A stretch of 37,986 nucleotides of DNA from positions 1 to 37,986 of the forward strand of contig CAZLEV010000026.1 of NCBI GenBank assembly GCA_964558645.1. The letters run 5' to 3'. How positions within the stretch are numbered: position 1 is the stretch's first letter; each line of letters opens with the position of its first letter. The notes under the pieces were generated by a model. That model had not been told where the DNA came from. It was given only the letters and a program-made list of their open reading frames with translations, and ran no database searches. The stretch is from an uncultured archaeon. GTDB lineage: Archaea > Asgardarchaeota > Thorarchaeia > Thorarchaeales > Thorarchaeaceae. Shown piece after piece: positions 20,534-30,463 of this stretch. The position numbers were made by a program, and so were the translations under genes.

Positions 20534-21289
20534 TCACATCATTCCTCTATACAGACCGCCATCTATGAGCAGCAAAGTTCCATGGATATAACTTGAAACG
20601 GGGCTCAAGAGGAATGCACTCGCTCTTCCGAATTCCTTGGCCGTCCCCATTCTTCCCAGAGGGATGCGTGAGATGATATCATCCTTTGAAGAAGAGTCAT
20701 CGGAGAGTAGTTCATCAACACGATTGGTCAGAATCCAGCCCGGGCAGATTGCATTGACTCTGATACCAGTGGGACCAATCTCGTCTGCAAGAGTACGCAT
20801 CATGCCAATGACTGCTGAACGAAGTGAGTTGGAGAGCATGAGATTCTCAATAGGTTGCTTCACCGAGATCGAAGTGCTGTACAAGATGCAGGGAGAATCG
20901 GCTTTCCGAAGAAGAGGGAGAGCCTCTCGGGTTAAACGTACAGCACTCATCAACGTGAGATTGTAGGCGTTCAGCCACTGTTCTTCCGACAAATCTGAGA
21001 ATGACCCAGGTGGCGGACCTCCAGCATTCACAAACAGACCGTCGATATGGTCTGTAATGGATGCTACATCTTCAAGTAATGCCCTAATGTCTTCTTCTCG
21101 TGAAAGGTCTGCAACAAGAAACTGTGATAGACCGCCAAGGGATTGAGTTGCAGATTCGAGGGCCGCCTTATGACGGCTGCAGATTATTACGCTAGCGCCC
21201 TCTTCCACTAGTGCCTCTGCCACGCCATAACCAAGCCCTCGGGATGCGGCGGTCACTAAGAAGATCTTTCCCTCTAGTCTAAGGTCCAT
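20534..21289 (-). CDS. SDR family oxidoreductase
   Basis: TAASRGLG, NAGGPPPG, VNAICPG and IPLGRMG. Atypical SNSLR in place of YxxxK. Confidence 0.92.
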   Translation of the reverse strand: MDLRLEGKIFLVTAASRGLGYGVAEALVEEGASVIICSRHKAALESATQSLGGLSQFLVADLSREEDIRALLEDVASITDHIDGLFVNAGGPPPGSFSDLSEEQWLNAYNLTLMSAVRLTREALPLLRKADSPCILYSTSISVKQPIENLMLSNSLRSAVIGMMRTLADEIGPTGIRVNAICPGWILTNRVDELLSDDSSSKDDIISRIPLGRMGTAKEFGRASAFLLSPVSSYIHGTLLLIDGGLYRGMM

Positions 21290-21346
21290 GATGAGTTGAT
21301 CACCATCAGACAGAATTGAGATGGAGCTATTTCACTGCTCCGAAAC

Positions 21347-21634
21347 TCAGCCCGCTACTTCTTTTCGTTCCGATTCTGTGCGGGTGCCCATTACCACTTC
21401 AAGATGGACAAAGGCGGCACTCAGTCTTCTGAAGGAGTTCTCCACCTCAAAATGACCTATACCCATCAAATTCAGCGCCTTCTTGATCCTTCGTGGGGTC
21501 AACCGTTTGTTATCTTTGGATCCAAATGCTAGGAGGACTCGTGTTTCATTGACGTCTGGTATTTGACATGCTGAGTGACACTTGATGCCCTTCTCTTTGA
21601 GTCCGCTCTTTATGGTAGAAACGATTGATGCCAT
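21347..21634 (-). CDS. Small basic hypothetical protein
   Basis: About 95-aa ORF filling the gap between same-strand genes. Start could instead be TTG 21646. Confidence 0.65.
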   Translation of the reverse strand: MASIVSTIKSGLKEKGIKCHSACQIPDVNETRVLLAFGSKDNKRLTPRRIKKALNLMGIGHFEVENSFRRLSAAFVHLEVVMGTRTESERKEVAG

Positions 21635-21772
21635 TGTGTTTGTCAACCAGATTTATGTTTCTGATTGGAGTACTAAAAGACCCGTAACACACATGTATTA
21701 CAGCAGAGCTCGCGCGAAATGGGCCCAGAGCGTTCATTCCTTGGCATCTGCTTCTGACTGCTGTGAATTCTT

Positions 21773-22402
21773 CTATCTAAAAGGGACAAACCTGAACTCC
21801 CCGTGCCGTGTGATTTTCGGAGGATCGCCCTTGAGAATCCGCGTCATGACTTGATAGCCATCAACCGATACAGGAATGACCATTATTCCTCTCTGCTTTA
21901 GCTGGGCCATTAGTGGATCGGGTATCTCGCTGGCTCCTGCAGTAACAATGATTCGATCATAGGGCGAGCCGGGGGGATAACCCTCATAACCATCGCCCTG
22001 AACAATTGTCACATTTTCAATCTGGGCCGCTCGAAGATTCTTCTTGGCTGTTTCTGCAAGAGTAGACAGGAGTTCAACAGATACTATTTGACCCTCAGCT
22101 CCAACAAGTCTGGACATCACAGCTGCATTATAGCCTGAGCCTGCACCTATCTCCAATACGGATTGACCTTCATGGAGATCGAGTAGTTGAATCATATACG
22201 CCACTGTGTAGGGTTGGCTTATGGTCTGACCATGTCCGATAGGTTGTGGATAATTGGCATACGCATCTTTTCGGTAGTATTCTGGGACGAATTTCTCGCG
22301 ATCTGTCTTGTTTATTGCACCGAGAACTCGGTTCTCAATTCCCATTCTCTCGAGCTCGTCTAGTAATCGTTTCTTTCTTTCTGCCGTATCCATCTGGTTC
22401 AT
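21773..22402 (-). CDS. pcm: Protein-L-isoaspartate O-methyltransferase
   Basis: GQTISQP, VLEIGAGSGY, GDGYEG...PYDRIIVTA and FVP. Confidence 0.95.
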   Translation of the reverse strand: MNQMDTAERKKRLLDELERMGIENRVLGAINKTDREKFVPEYYRKDAYANYPQPIGHGQTISQPYTVAYMIQLLDLHEGQSVLEIGAGSGYNAAVMSRLVGAEGQIVSVELLSTLAETAKKNLRAAQIENVTIVQGDGYEGYPPGSPYDRIIVTAGASEIPDPLMAQLKQRGIMVIPVSVDGYQVMTRILKGDPPKITRHGEFRFVPFR

Positions 22403-22424
22403 CCTTCTACTCCAAAATGCTACA

Positions 22425-23390
22425 TCAGCCGAATTGGTCGTATGCGTCTTGCAGCTCCTCGCTACGCTTGTCTACAGCTTCCTCAGAAAACTCATACTCA
22501 TCCACAAGCATTGTCCGCAGGGCATCATTATTTGGGGACTCCCAGACAACAGAGTAATCCTCCGTGGTTTCCATGTTCTGATAGAGATCCATGATGGTCT
22601 GCCAGTCAAAATCGCATTTCGCCTTCTCGAAAGCCTCCTGAATATGGTTTTGTCTTACCAGCTTGAGGCCTCGTTTAGGTCCTATTCCGCGGATACCTCC
22701 AGGATGATAATCCGTTCCCATCATTATTGCTATAGCAATCAACTCATCATGTGAGATTCCGAGTTCATCAAGAATGTCTTCTAAGACGAAGAGCTCGGAA
22801 CCGCTCTTCGCTCTCTGCGATTTGGAGAGTCGTCGGACCAGCCTAGGAGCGCCATGTAGAAGGGTGTCATAGTCTGTAGACGCTGCAGCATAACAGTCCT
22901 CGTTCTGGACCATCAAGGCTGTCTGAGCGTCTGCCTCAGACGGGGCCTGTACAACAGGTATACCGATAGCCTCCAAGAGTCGCTTTGAGGAGTCGATTAT
23001 CGCTGAAGTCAGCCGCGTGGTACGTGCTGCGTATTTCTTCATCTCTGATGTTTCGCCTGCTTCCTTTGCCTGGGCCAGCTTCTCCTGAGCATCAACCTTC
23101 TTGTCAGAACGATACCGAATAGTTCGCTCTTTGAGTTCAGGAGGGCTTCCATCGAAGACGTATGCAAGCGTGATTCCTTGAGTGAGAAGATTCGAAGTTC
23201 TCGGCAGGAGACCAAGTAGGTGCGATGTCACTCGGCCATCAGACGTGCGAAGATATTCGCCGTTGGGCTGTCGAATGACAGTGAGAAACTGATAGATCTG
23301 ATTGTGAGCATCTATAGCTAGAGTTTCGTACTTGAGACTGGAGATCTCAATCTCCTTTGGTGTGGCCAGTTTCCTTAGTTTTGTTCCCAT
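22425..23390 (-). CDS. fen: Flap endonuclease-1 (no evident C-terminal PIP box)
   Basis: AIDA.N.IYQFL..IR, YVFDG.PP.LK, APSEADAQ, DYD.LL.G and GTDY.PGG..GIGPK. Confidence 0.93.
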   Translation of the reverse strand: MGTKLRKLATPKEIEISSLKYETLAIDAHNQIYQFLTVIRQPNGEYLRTSDGRVTSHLLGLLPRTSNLLTQGITLAYVFDGSPPELKERTIRYRSDKKVDAQEKLAQAKEAGETSEMKKYAARTTRLTSAIIDSSKRLLEAIGIPVVQAPSEADAQTALMVQNEDCYAAASTDYDTLLHGAPRLVRRLSKSQRAKSGSELFVLEDILDELGISHDELIAIAIMMGTDYHPGGIRGIGPKRGLKLVRQNHIQEAFEKAKCDFDWQTIMDLYQNMETTEDYSVVWESPNNDALRTMLVDEYEFSEEAVDKRSEELQDAYDQFG

Positions 23391-23592
23391 CTTCTTCTCG
23401 AACCATTATGCCGCAAAGATCGCAACGGCATCTAGTGCCAGATTCAGAACGATGCTATCGGCTGTAATTAAGAGATCCATTAACTATATAAAACTCTGGC
23501 CATGCCGGATGCAAGGGGCATGACACCTTGAGTAGGCAGTTCTAGTTCTGCCCTGACTGCTTTGTGCAATTCCCGGAACGAATAACAGAAAA

Positions 23593-23669
23593 TGGTCGGA
23601 GCGGCCGGATTTGAACCGGCAACCGATGGATCTACAGTCCATTGCTCTGCCAGGTTGAGCTACGCTCCG
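23593..23669 (-). tRNA. tRNA-Tyr(GTA), intronless
   Basis: C1-G72 archaeal Tyr identity pair, A73 then CCA. Anticodon loop CT-GTA-GA. Confidence 0.96.
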
Positions 23670-23866
23670 CAAGGGGGGAGCACAGCGATTTTCCTTTAAA
23701 GATTTCCCATTGAGTGCACAAGCGCGGTCCACAAGAGATATCTCCCGATTCCCCGGGAGATTCATCATCTGCAAGTACACGGTCTGAAATATGAATAGAG
23801 GCGATTAGGCTGAGTCTTCAGGTCAGGGAATGGAATCGACAGGATGATTGGGATAGTTTCGCAAGG

Positions 23867-24784
23867 TTGTCTTGGGGGACTGCAAAGGCAACGAATAGCG
23901 CATACTATCAGGGACTTGTGAAAACAAACCCGGAGAAAACTGGGGAGGAGCTATTCCGTATATACGAAGAGGAACTGAAAGAGTTCGATTTTGATAATGA
24001 GCGATGTAGAGTCTTCGTAATTGAAGTCGAAAGGCGCTTTGCGGGGTATGTATGGCTCAGCATCCGTGACAGCAGGGATAGCTGGGAACTGACCCGACCT
24101 ATGTGGATCTATGATATTACTCTGAATCCTGACTATAGAGGACGTGGTCTTGGAAGAGTCTTGATGAAACAAGCTGAGGAATGGGCAGTAGAACAGAAGA
24201 GAAACTTGGGATTGTTCGTTCATGCGCACAATGAGCCAGCGATTCGACTCTATGAAGGCAAGGGATACGTTGTGAAATCGACCCCGATGACCTTGAGATT
24301 CTCGGAGATGGATAGTGCACCTCGGCTCCCTAGACGGCTTGAATTCATAGAGGATGATTATCGGAACAACAAGAGGGGGAAACAGATTGCCCATGACAGA
24401 TTTGCACGATTGGTTCGATTCAGTGAAGAAGCCAATGATGAAGAAATCGCCACAGCCTATCAGAGGTTTGTAGACTCCTATACATCAGATGAGTTGGAAC
24501 ATTCACGCTTCGTGGCTAGTAGAGAGGGAAAGACAATCGGTGTCTTCTGGGTCGGACAGGCGCCTTTCCGCAAGGACGTCGGCATGATCTATGAACATGC
24601 ACTGGTCAACAGTGATAGAAGAGTACAACAGGCACTCTTGGCAAAGGCTGTCAGGTGGGCCCAGGAACGGGGACTATCGGCACTCTATATTCTTCTCCAT
24701 GCTATGGATGATTTCAGGCCTTCTGTGTTAGAGTCTGCTGGCTTCGTAATTCCGGGCTACTTTATGGAGAAACGCCTGATATGA
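23867..24784 (+). CDS. Tandem GNAT N-acetyltransferase
   Basis: YRGRGLG acetyl-CoA motif and N..AIRLYE..GY. Second degenerate GNAT half. Confidence 0.88.
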   Translation: MSWGTAKATNSAYYQGLVKTNPEKTGEELFRIYEEELKEFDFDNERCRVFVIEVERRFAGYVWLSIRDSRDSWELTRPMWIYDITLNPDYRGRGLGRVLMKQAEEWAVEQKRNLGLFVHAHNEPAIRLYEGKGYVVKSTPMTLRFSEMDSAPRLPRRLEFIEDDYRNNKRGKQIAHDRFARLVRFSEEANDEEIATAYQRFVDSYTSDELEHSRFVASREGKTIGVFWVGQAPFRKDVGMIYEHALVNSDRRVQQALLAKAVRWAQERGLSALYILLHAMDDFRPSVLESAGFVIPGYFMEKRLI

Positions 24785-24970
24785 AATCCGTTTACAGGCA
24801 GGACTCTGCTGGGCATACGTCTTCTACCAGCAAGAAACGCCAACTTTCATCTTAGTCTGGTCAGGCCGAAGAAATCGGATGGTCTGGGGCCTGTCTTGGT
24901 CTTCTCTCTCGGAACCTTGAAAGGGCTTGGTGTTCTTGGTTGAGATAGCATAGAACAGGGAGGTCCAGAC

Positions 24971-27148
24971 CTGAACGATTCCCCCATTGAGAGTATCTTC
25001 CCGATCTCTGAAGTCAATCGGATTGCAGAGAAGGAATCAACGGGATTTGGCAGAAGACACTATCGTCCAGTATACGTCATGCACAAGTGGTGGGCGAGAC
25101 GGTTGGGTTCGGTGTTTCGGGCGATACTATTGTATACTCTCGCTGATTCCAGTCTAGAGGGATGGGGTGGCAATCCGGAAACCCTTTGGCAGTTCTATGC
25201 TCGCGATGTAAATATGGAACCAAAGGTTGTACTCGATCCAATGATGGGTGGCGGTACCACCATTGTTGAGAGCCTTAGATTTGGATGTAGAGTCATAGGT
25301 GGAGACCTTAATCCTGTAGCTTGGTTTGTGGTTAAGAAACAGGTAGAAGACTTGGACACGAGGCTGCTTGAGCAGAGTCTGAAGAAACTGGACAATGATC
25401 TGGGCGATGATCTGCGTCGTTACTATGTGACACAGTGCCCTGTGTGTGGAAGAGATGCTGAGGGACTCTACTATTTCTACACAAAGATGGTATCATGTCC
25501 TGACTGTGGCAAAGAACTGCCCTTGCTCAAGGACTTCGTTCTTGCCCGTTCTCGCAGGGGAAAGGGAGATGTTGTGGTATGTCCCGGTTGTTGGGGCGTC
25601 TTTGAAACTTCTGATGCACAGAAACGTACATCATGCCCTCAGTGTAGCAATACATTTTTCCCCAAGAAAGCTGGCCATGTGCGGGGGAGAAGCTTCAGTT
25701 GTCTTGGTAAGAAGTGCGGGTCACATAGCATTGTGAATCATATTCGAGAGAATGGACGACCTTCTGAGAAGTTGTATGCTGTTGAATTCTACTGTCCGCA
25801 TTGTGACAAGGAAGGAAATGAGCGTTTCAAGAATGGACGTGGATACAAGGCAAGTGATGTACAAGATACTCAGCTTCTCGGAGCTGCACGAAAGGAGTTC
25901 AAGAGAGTGGGGGAAAGACTGCCCATTCCAGACACGCATATTCCTGATGGGGTTGAAACCAGACGCGCCCTGAACCATCGCTATGAGCGTTTTCGAGATA
26001 TGTTCAACGAACGACAGCTTCTTAACCTAGGAAAGATATACCGTTGGATTCTGCGTGAGAAGCGCACTAATTTGAGAGAGTTCTTGATACTTGCATTCTC
26101 GAACTGTTTGAAGTATAACAATATGTTCTGCAAGTATAATGGAACGAGAGGCTTCATAACTGACATATTTCGCACACACTCCTTCTCGCCCTCGATGGGA
26201 CCTGTAGAGTGTAACTGCTATGACACAACAAAGGGGAGAGGATCGTTCACTGCATTTGTGAACTTGGTCATCGAGGGAAAGGAGTACTGTATGAATCCAT
26301 TCGAGAGACACTTTCACAACGGTCAGATGGAGAAGACGCCCATGGAAACTCCGATTTACGGACGGGTTGTTACTAGTCATAAAAAACTGGAGAATCCTAG
26401 TGATGTTCTCCTGCTATGTGGTTCCTCAAGTCACCTAGAGGTACCAGACTGTTCCGTTGATATCGTGGTCACGGATCCACCATATGCAGACAATGTGATG
26501 TACTCAGAACTCTCGAATTTCTTCTATGTTTGGCTTAAGATTGGTCTAGATGGTGACTATAAAGAATTCGAGAGTATATTGGTTCCTTGGGAAGAAGAGG
26601 TCATAGCAAACAGGGTGCAGGACAAGTCACCTGGTGACTTCCTAGATGGGCTACGGGGTGTTCTCCAAGAAACAAATCGCGTGCTGAAGGAGGAGGGAAC
26701 ACTTGTCTTCACGTTTCACCACCGCTCCTTGGATGCATGGTCTTCTGTGCTCCAGGCCGTACTAGATGCAGGGTTCTTTATCCGGACAATCTACCCTGTG
26801 AGAAGCGAGATGAAGGCGTCCACGCATTTTCTAGGCAAGAACAACATCAAGTACGATATGATTATCGTCTGTAAGAAGAGGAAGGGGCAAAGAGATGATA
26901 TCAGCTGGCACCAGTTGGCCTCTGAGATTCGGTCTTCTGCGACTCGGCTGATGAAACGTATGGACTCTTACGGTGAGGACTTGGGCCGTCTAGACAGATA
27001 TGTCATTGGAGTTGGAAAATGCCTAGAACTCTATTCGAAGCACTATCCGCAAGTCATGGCGGGTGCCATGACAGTCGATGTGGCCACCGCTGTTGAGAAA
27101 ATTGAGGATTGGATCTTTGACATCGGCTTTCAAACAGACAAAGGTTGA
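24971..27148 (+). CDS. DUF1156-type N6-adenine DNA methyltransferase with Zn-finger insertions, probable CTG start
   Basis: IE..FP...E...P...HKWWARR N-terminus, DPMMGGGTT motif I, TDPPY motif IV and multiple CxxC pairs. GGAGGT SD 6 nt before CTG 24971. Confidence 0.9.
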   Translation: MNDSPIESIFPISEVNRIAEKESTGFGRRHYRPVYVMHKWWARRLGSVFRAILLYTLADSSLEGWGGNPETLWQFYARDVNMEPKVVLDPMMGGGTTIVESLRFGCRVIGGDLNPVAWFVVKKQVEDLDTRLLEQSLKKLDNDLGDDLRRYYVTQCPVCGRDAEGLYYFYTKMVSCPDCGKELPLLKDFVLARSRRGKGDVVVCPGCWGVFETSDAQKRTSCPQCSNTFFPKKAGHVRGRSFSCLGKKCGSHSIVNHIRENGRPSEKLYAVEFYCPHCDKEGNERFKNGRGYKASDVQDTQLLGAARKEFKRVGERLPIPDTHIPDGVETRRALNHRYERFRDMFNERQLLNLGKIYRWILREKRTNLREFLILAFSNCLKYNNMFCKYNGTRGFITDIFRTHSFSPSMGPVECNCYDTTKGRGSFTAFVNLVIEGKEYCMNPFERHFHNGQMEKTPMETPIYGRVVTSHKKLENPSDVLLLCGSSSHLEVPDCSVDIVVTDPPYADNVMYSELSNFFYVWLKIGLDGDYKEFESILVPWEEEVIANRVQDKSPGDFLDGLRGVLQETNRVLKEEGTLVFTFHHRSLDAWSSVLQAVLDAGFFIRTIYPVRSEMKASTHFLGKNNIKYDMIIVCKKRKGQRDDISWHQLASEIRSSATRLMKRMDSYGEDLGRLDRYVIGVGKCLELYSKHYPQVMAGAMTVDVATAVEKIEDWIFDIGFQTDKG

Positions 27149-27945
27149 GGCAAAATAGCGAGAACAGTGAGTATCACTACAGATAGGAACAGTATCATGA
27201 GAAAGCTCACGGCTGTGTCTCTCTGCCTCCAGACGGGTCTACGAAGATACGTGCGAGTTTCGCGGTAGCCAAAACCACGGCCATCCATGGATAATGACAG
27301 GGACTCCGCCTTCGTGAGTGCTGACACAAGCAATGGGAAGAATGTATAGCGAATGGTGCGTAGTATCTTCCGTATTCCTTTCACGTCAGGATATATCCCC
27401 CTTGAGTGTTGAGCCATACGTACTGTTTCGTTCTCTTGGTCGAATAGGGGAAGGAAACGAAGAGCTACCACAAGTCCGAACGAGTACCTGTACGGAACTC
27501 CAATGTCTGTGAGAGCATAGGAGAGAAGCGTGGGATCAGTGGTGGCCACAAAGAGCATGCTGGAGAGGACTATGACCAAGAACCGGAGCATTATAGATGC
27601 ACCACGGCTAACGCCGTAGTCCGTAACTGGGAAAGCCGGGCCAATTTGGCCGATGCGAGGAATCAGATAGATGAAGATGTTTCCATTGGTAGTCACAAGT
27701 ATTTGGACAAAGAGGAGCAGAAGCGAGAATACAAGAATGAATCTCAACTTCCGAATGAGCAGTGCAAGAGATACTCTGGCCAAGCGAAAAGTGAGCAAGA
27801 GAACAAGGAAGACAACGAGTCCAAATACCCAATTCGGGTAGAGAAACACTGATGTGTTCAAGGCAAGCAGCATCCAGAGTTTCGTCAGTGGATGAATCTG
27901 GTGAAGGGGTGATTTGAGATCCATGAAACCGATTCTGGAGGCCAT
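27130..27945 (-). CDS. ecfT: ECF transporter transmembrane component T
   Basis: HPLTKL, ALRFLP, and the two Arg motifs AQHSRG and MDGRG. Confidence 0.92.
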   Translation of the reverse strand: MASRIGFMDLKSPLHQIHPLTKLWMLLALNTSVFLYPNWVFGLVVFLVLLLTFRLARVSLALLIRKLRFILVFSLLLLFVQILVTTNGNIFIYLIPRIGQIGPAFPVTDYGVSRGASIMLRFLVIVLSSMLFVATTDPTLLSYALTDIGVPYRYSFGLVVALRFLPLFDQENETVRMAQHSRGIYPDVKGIRKILRTIRYTFFPLLVSALTKAESLSLSMDGRGFGYRETRTYLRRPVWRQRDTAVSFLMILFLSVVILTVLAILPQPLSV

Positions 27946-29393
27946 TAGACATCACCCGTCGTTTTGAGGTATTCATTGCGTCCAAGTTTACGAAGCTGAC
28001 TCATCACCTGTGATGGCTTGCCATCCAGCAGTATGCGCCCATTATCGATGAACACAAGTCGGTTGCAGAACTCTGTAGCGAACTGAGAGTCATGGGTTAC
28101 AATAACGGCCGAACCGCCCTCGCCTACTGTTGAAAGAATCATCTTCTGGACAAACCTGCGTCCGTCAACATCTTGGCCGATGAATGGCTCATCAAGGAGA
28201 AGCAGTTCTGGTTCATGTATCATGATTGAGGATACATTGAGCCTTCTCTTCTGGCCGTGGCTGAGTGAGAAGGGATTGCGATTACGATTGTCATCCAGTT
28301 CTGCCAGTTTGAGGTATTCATTAGCCCTCTCAGCCGCTTCTTCTTCCGCCAAATTGAATACCTCTATCCCTAGGGTCTGCTCCTTCCAGACGGTGGTTTC
28401 GAAAATCTGATGGTTGGGATTCTGGAAGACGACGGCCGTTTTCCGAGCAACGGTAGACTTTGCTAGCCCATCTATTGCCTCCGAGTCCAAGTAGATCAGA
28501 CCGCTGTAAGGAGATAACAGTCCTGCAAGAAGGAGGAGCAGTGTAGTTTTGCCTGATCCGTTGTCTCCCATCAGAGCTACGACTTCTCCTCTGTCTATTT
28601 CAATGGTGATATCCTCAATTGCCTGTCGAGCACCGTAGGAGAAGGCTAACGATTCCGCCCGAACCATGGGGCGAGGGTCTTTTTTTATCAGGGGGATCTC
28701 ACACGAACGAGTGGCCTCTGGGGGAGTGGCGAACGCAATAATCTCATCATCTGCAAGCTGCAATACCCTGTCTGCAATGGAACGCAGTTTCTCGAGACGG
28801 TGCTCGATGCAGAGAATTCCCATTCCTTGAGATTTCAGGTTTGTTAAGACCTCTCGGATTCTACTCGTACCTGAAGGATCAAGACTCGAAGTGGGCTCGT
28901 CAAGTATCAAGTAATCAGGTTTCGATGCTAACATCGAAGCGATAGCAACACGTTGCTTTTCACCACCGGAGAGCTGGTAGGTGGCTCGATCTGCAAGATC
29001 CGGCCGCCCTACCGCCTCGAGTGAGCTGGTGACTCTCTCGGCCAGTTCGTCTTCAGGAATAAGGAAGTTCTCGGGACCGAATGCAACTTCGTCCGACACC
29101 CGCAGGGTGCACAATTGGCTTTCGGGGTCCTGTTGTACCAGAGATACCTTGCGTGCTATCTCACTGATTTTCATCAAATCCAAATCTTTGCCGTCCGCCG
29201 CAACGTGGCCGGAGAAGGAACCCTCTATCACATGGGGGATGAATCCGGCCAAGCATTTTGCCAAGGTGGATTTCCCAGAACCTGTTGAACCGGTGAGAAG
29301 GACAATCTCTCCTACGTCTATAGCAATGGAAACCTGCTTGAGAACAGGGTTCCCGTTTCCATATGAGAAACTGACATCTCTTGCCTCAAGCAT
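27945..29393 (-). CDS. ECF transporter fused double ATPase (A-A', YkoD-like)
   Basis: Two Walker A motifs (GSTGSGKS, GDNGSGKT), LSGGEKQR and LSHGQKRR signatures, two LDEP motifs. Confidence 0.95.
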   Translation of the reverse strand: MLEARDVSFSYGNGNPVLKQVSIAIDVGEIVLLTGSTGSGKSTLAKCLAGFIPHVIEGSFSGHVAADGKDLDLMKISEIARKVSLVQQDPESQLCTLRVSDEVAFGPENFLIPEDELAERVTSSLEAVGRPDLADRATYQLSGGEKQRVAIASMLASKPDYLILDEPTSSLDPSGTSRIREVLTNLKSQGMGILCIEHRLEKLRSIADRVLQLADDEIIAFATPPEATRSCEIPLIKKDPRPMVRAESLAFSYGARQAIEDITIEIDRGEVVALMGDNGSGKTTLLLLLAGLLSPYSGLIYLDSEAIDGLAKSTVARKTAVVFQNPNHQIFETTVWKEQTLGIEVFNLAEEEAAERANEYLKLAELDDNRNRNPFSLSHGQKRRLNVSSIMIHEPELLLLDEPFIGQDVDGRRFVQKMILSTVGEGGSAVIVTHDSQFATEFCNRLVFIDNGRILLDGKPSQVMSQLRKLGRNEYLKTTGDV

Positions 29394-29404
29394 TCTCTAC
29401 CCGC

Positions 29405-30463
29405 CTAGTTGACACGAAGTTCAATCACCTGCCTTACCCAAGCAGATCCGTCGTAGTTTCCGGCTATCAGCCAGAGACCGTCACTGGACTCTGTGAGCAG
29501 GAGTTTCTCATCACCTAAGACGGACTGGAGATTGAAAGTGATTGAATACCCATCTCTAGCAATCACCTGCACGCTACTCGCCTCTGGTTCTGGTTCTGCT
29601 CCGCCAAGAATGGTTGATAGTAACACCCCGGTGTAGTTGGTTGGAGGAAGATAGGTGTATGCTCCTTGAAGCTCTGCCATAATAGTTGCCTCATGTTCCG
29701 AGAAATCAGCCGGACGATATATGTAGGGATTCTCAACGAGGCCTGTCACCTCACAGGAATATGGATCAGCAAACATATCTGCAACGGCTACCAGATAATA
29801 CGTCGAACCAAGAATAAGGAAGGTCACAAAGGCAATTGCAGGAAGATTTCGTCGGATGGTAACAGGGCGAGCTTCCGTTTCTCTGACACGAGGATGGTTG
29901 GTCAGTCCAGCCTCCTGTAGAAAACTCAGAGTTTCCCATGCAAAATAGCCTGCAAATATTATGCCTGAACAGAATGCCAAGATTGTAATGAGGCCTATGT
30001 AGATCAGAGGTGTACCGGCAAAGTAGAACAGCTGGAATACAATAACATTGGACGCCGACGACAGACCGCCAAAGAGCCACCAGTTCAGACGCTCCATGAC
30101 TGATTTTTCAGATGGCCCCGCAAGAGAAACCGAGGGAATGTCTAGGATTGCACCTTGCATAAGGGATACAATGACAATCACGAGACCATGTGTGCTGCCT
30201 GTGAACATCTCTACAAATCCCTTTAGGAGCCCCGCGAAGGTGCCAGCGCCGCGTTTCGGGACAAGTACGCGAATCAATACAAGCCAGAAGACGTGTAGCC
30301 CTGCAATGATTTGGCCTGCCCCAAAAGGGACTCCCACTGCGATATTAATCAGATTGCCTAGATACCCGACAAAAGTACTAAGTGCCCCGCCCAGGGAAGA
30401 GAGAATGAAGAGAGTGACGAGTTCTCGTGTGCTCATGAACTTGAAGAGAGGGTCTGTGGTCAT
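29405..30463 (-). CDS. YkoE-like ECF S component fused to a C-terminal molybdopterin-binding-like (sulfite oxidase fold) domain
   Basis: Multi-TM N-half with K.GAG...G..E...G...G......QG pattern. C-domain VTGLVENP...YTGV.LS.IL...A.DGY...WVRQV. GAGGTGA SD and ATGA overlap with the upstream stop. Confidence 0.8.
   Translation of the reverse strand: MTTDPLFKFMSTRELVTLFILSSLGGALSTFVGYLGNLINIAVGVPFGAGQIIAGLHVFWLVLIRVLVPKRGAGTFAGLLKGFVEMFTGSTHGLVIVIVSLMQGAILDIPSVSLAGPSEKSVMERLNWWLFGGLSSASNVIVFQLFYFAGTPLIYIGLITILAFCSGIIFAGYFAWETLSFLQEAGLTNHPRVRETEARPVTIRRNLPAIAFVTFLILGSTYYLVAVADMFADPYSCEVTGLVENPYIYRPADFSEHEATIMAELQGAYTYLPPTNYTGVLLSTILGGAEPEPEASSVQVIARDGYSITFNLQSVLGDEKLLLTESSDGLWLIAGNYDGSAWVRQVIELRVN

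Noticed and set aside
23484-23780. 98-aa ORF (likewise 35181-35414 and 17364-17606)
   Set aside because: These overlap tRNA genes and are spurious.
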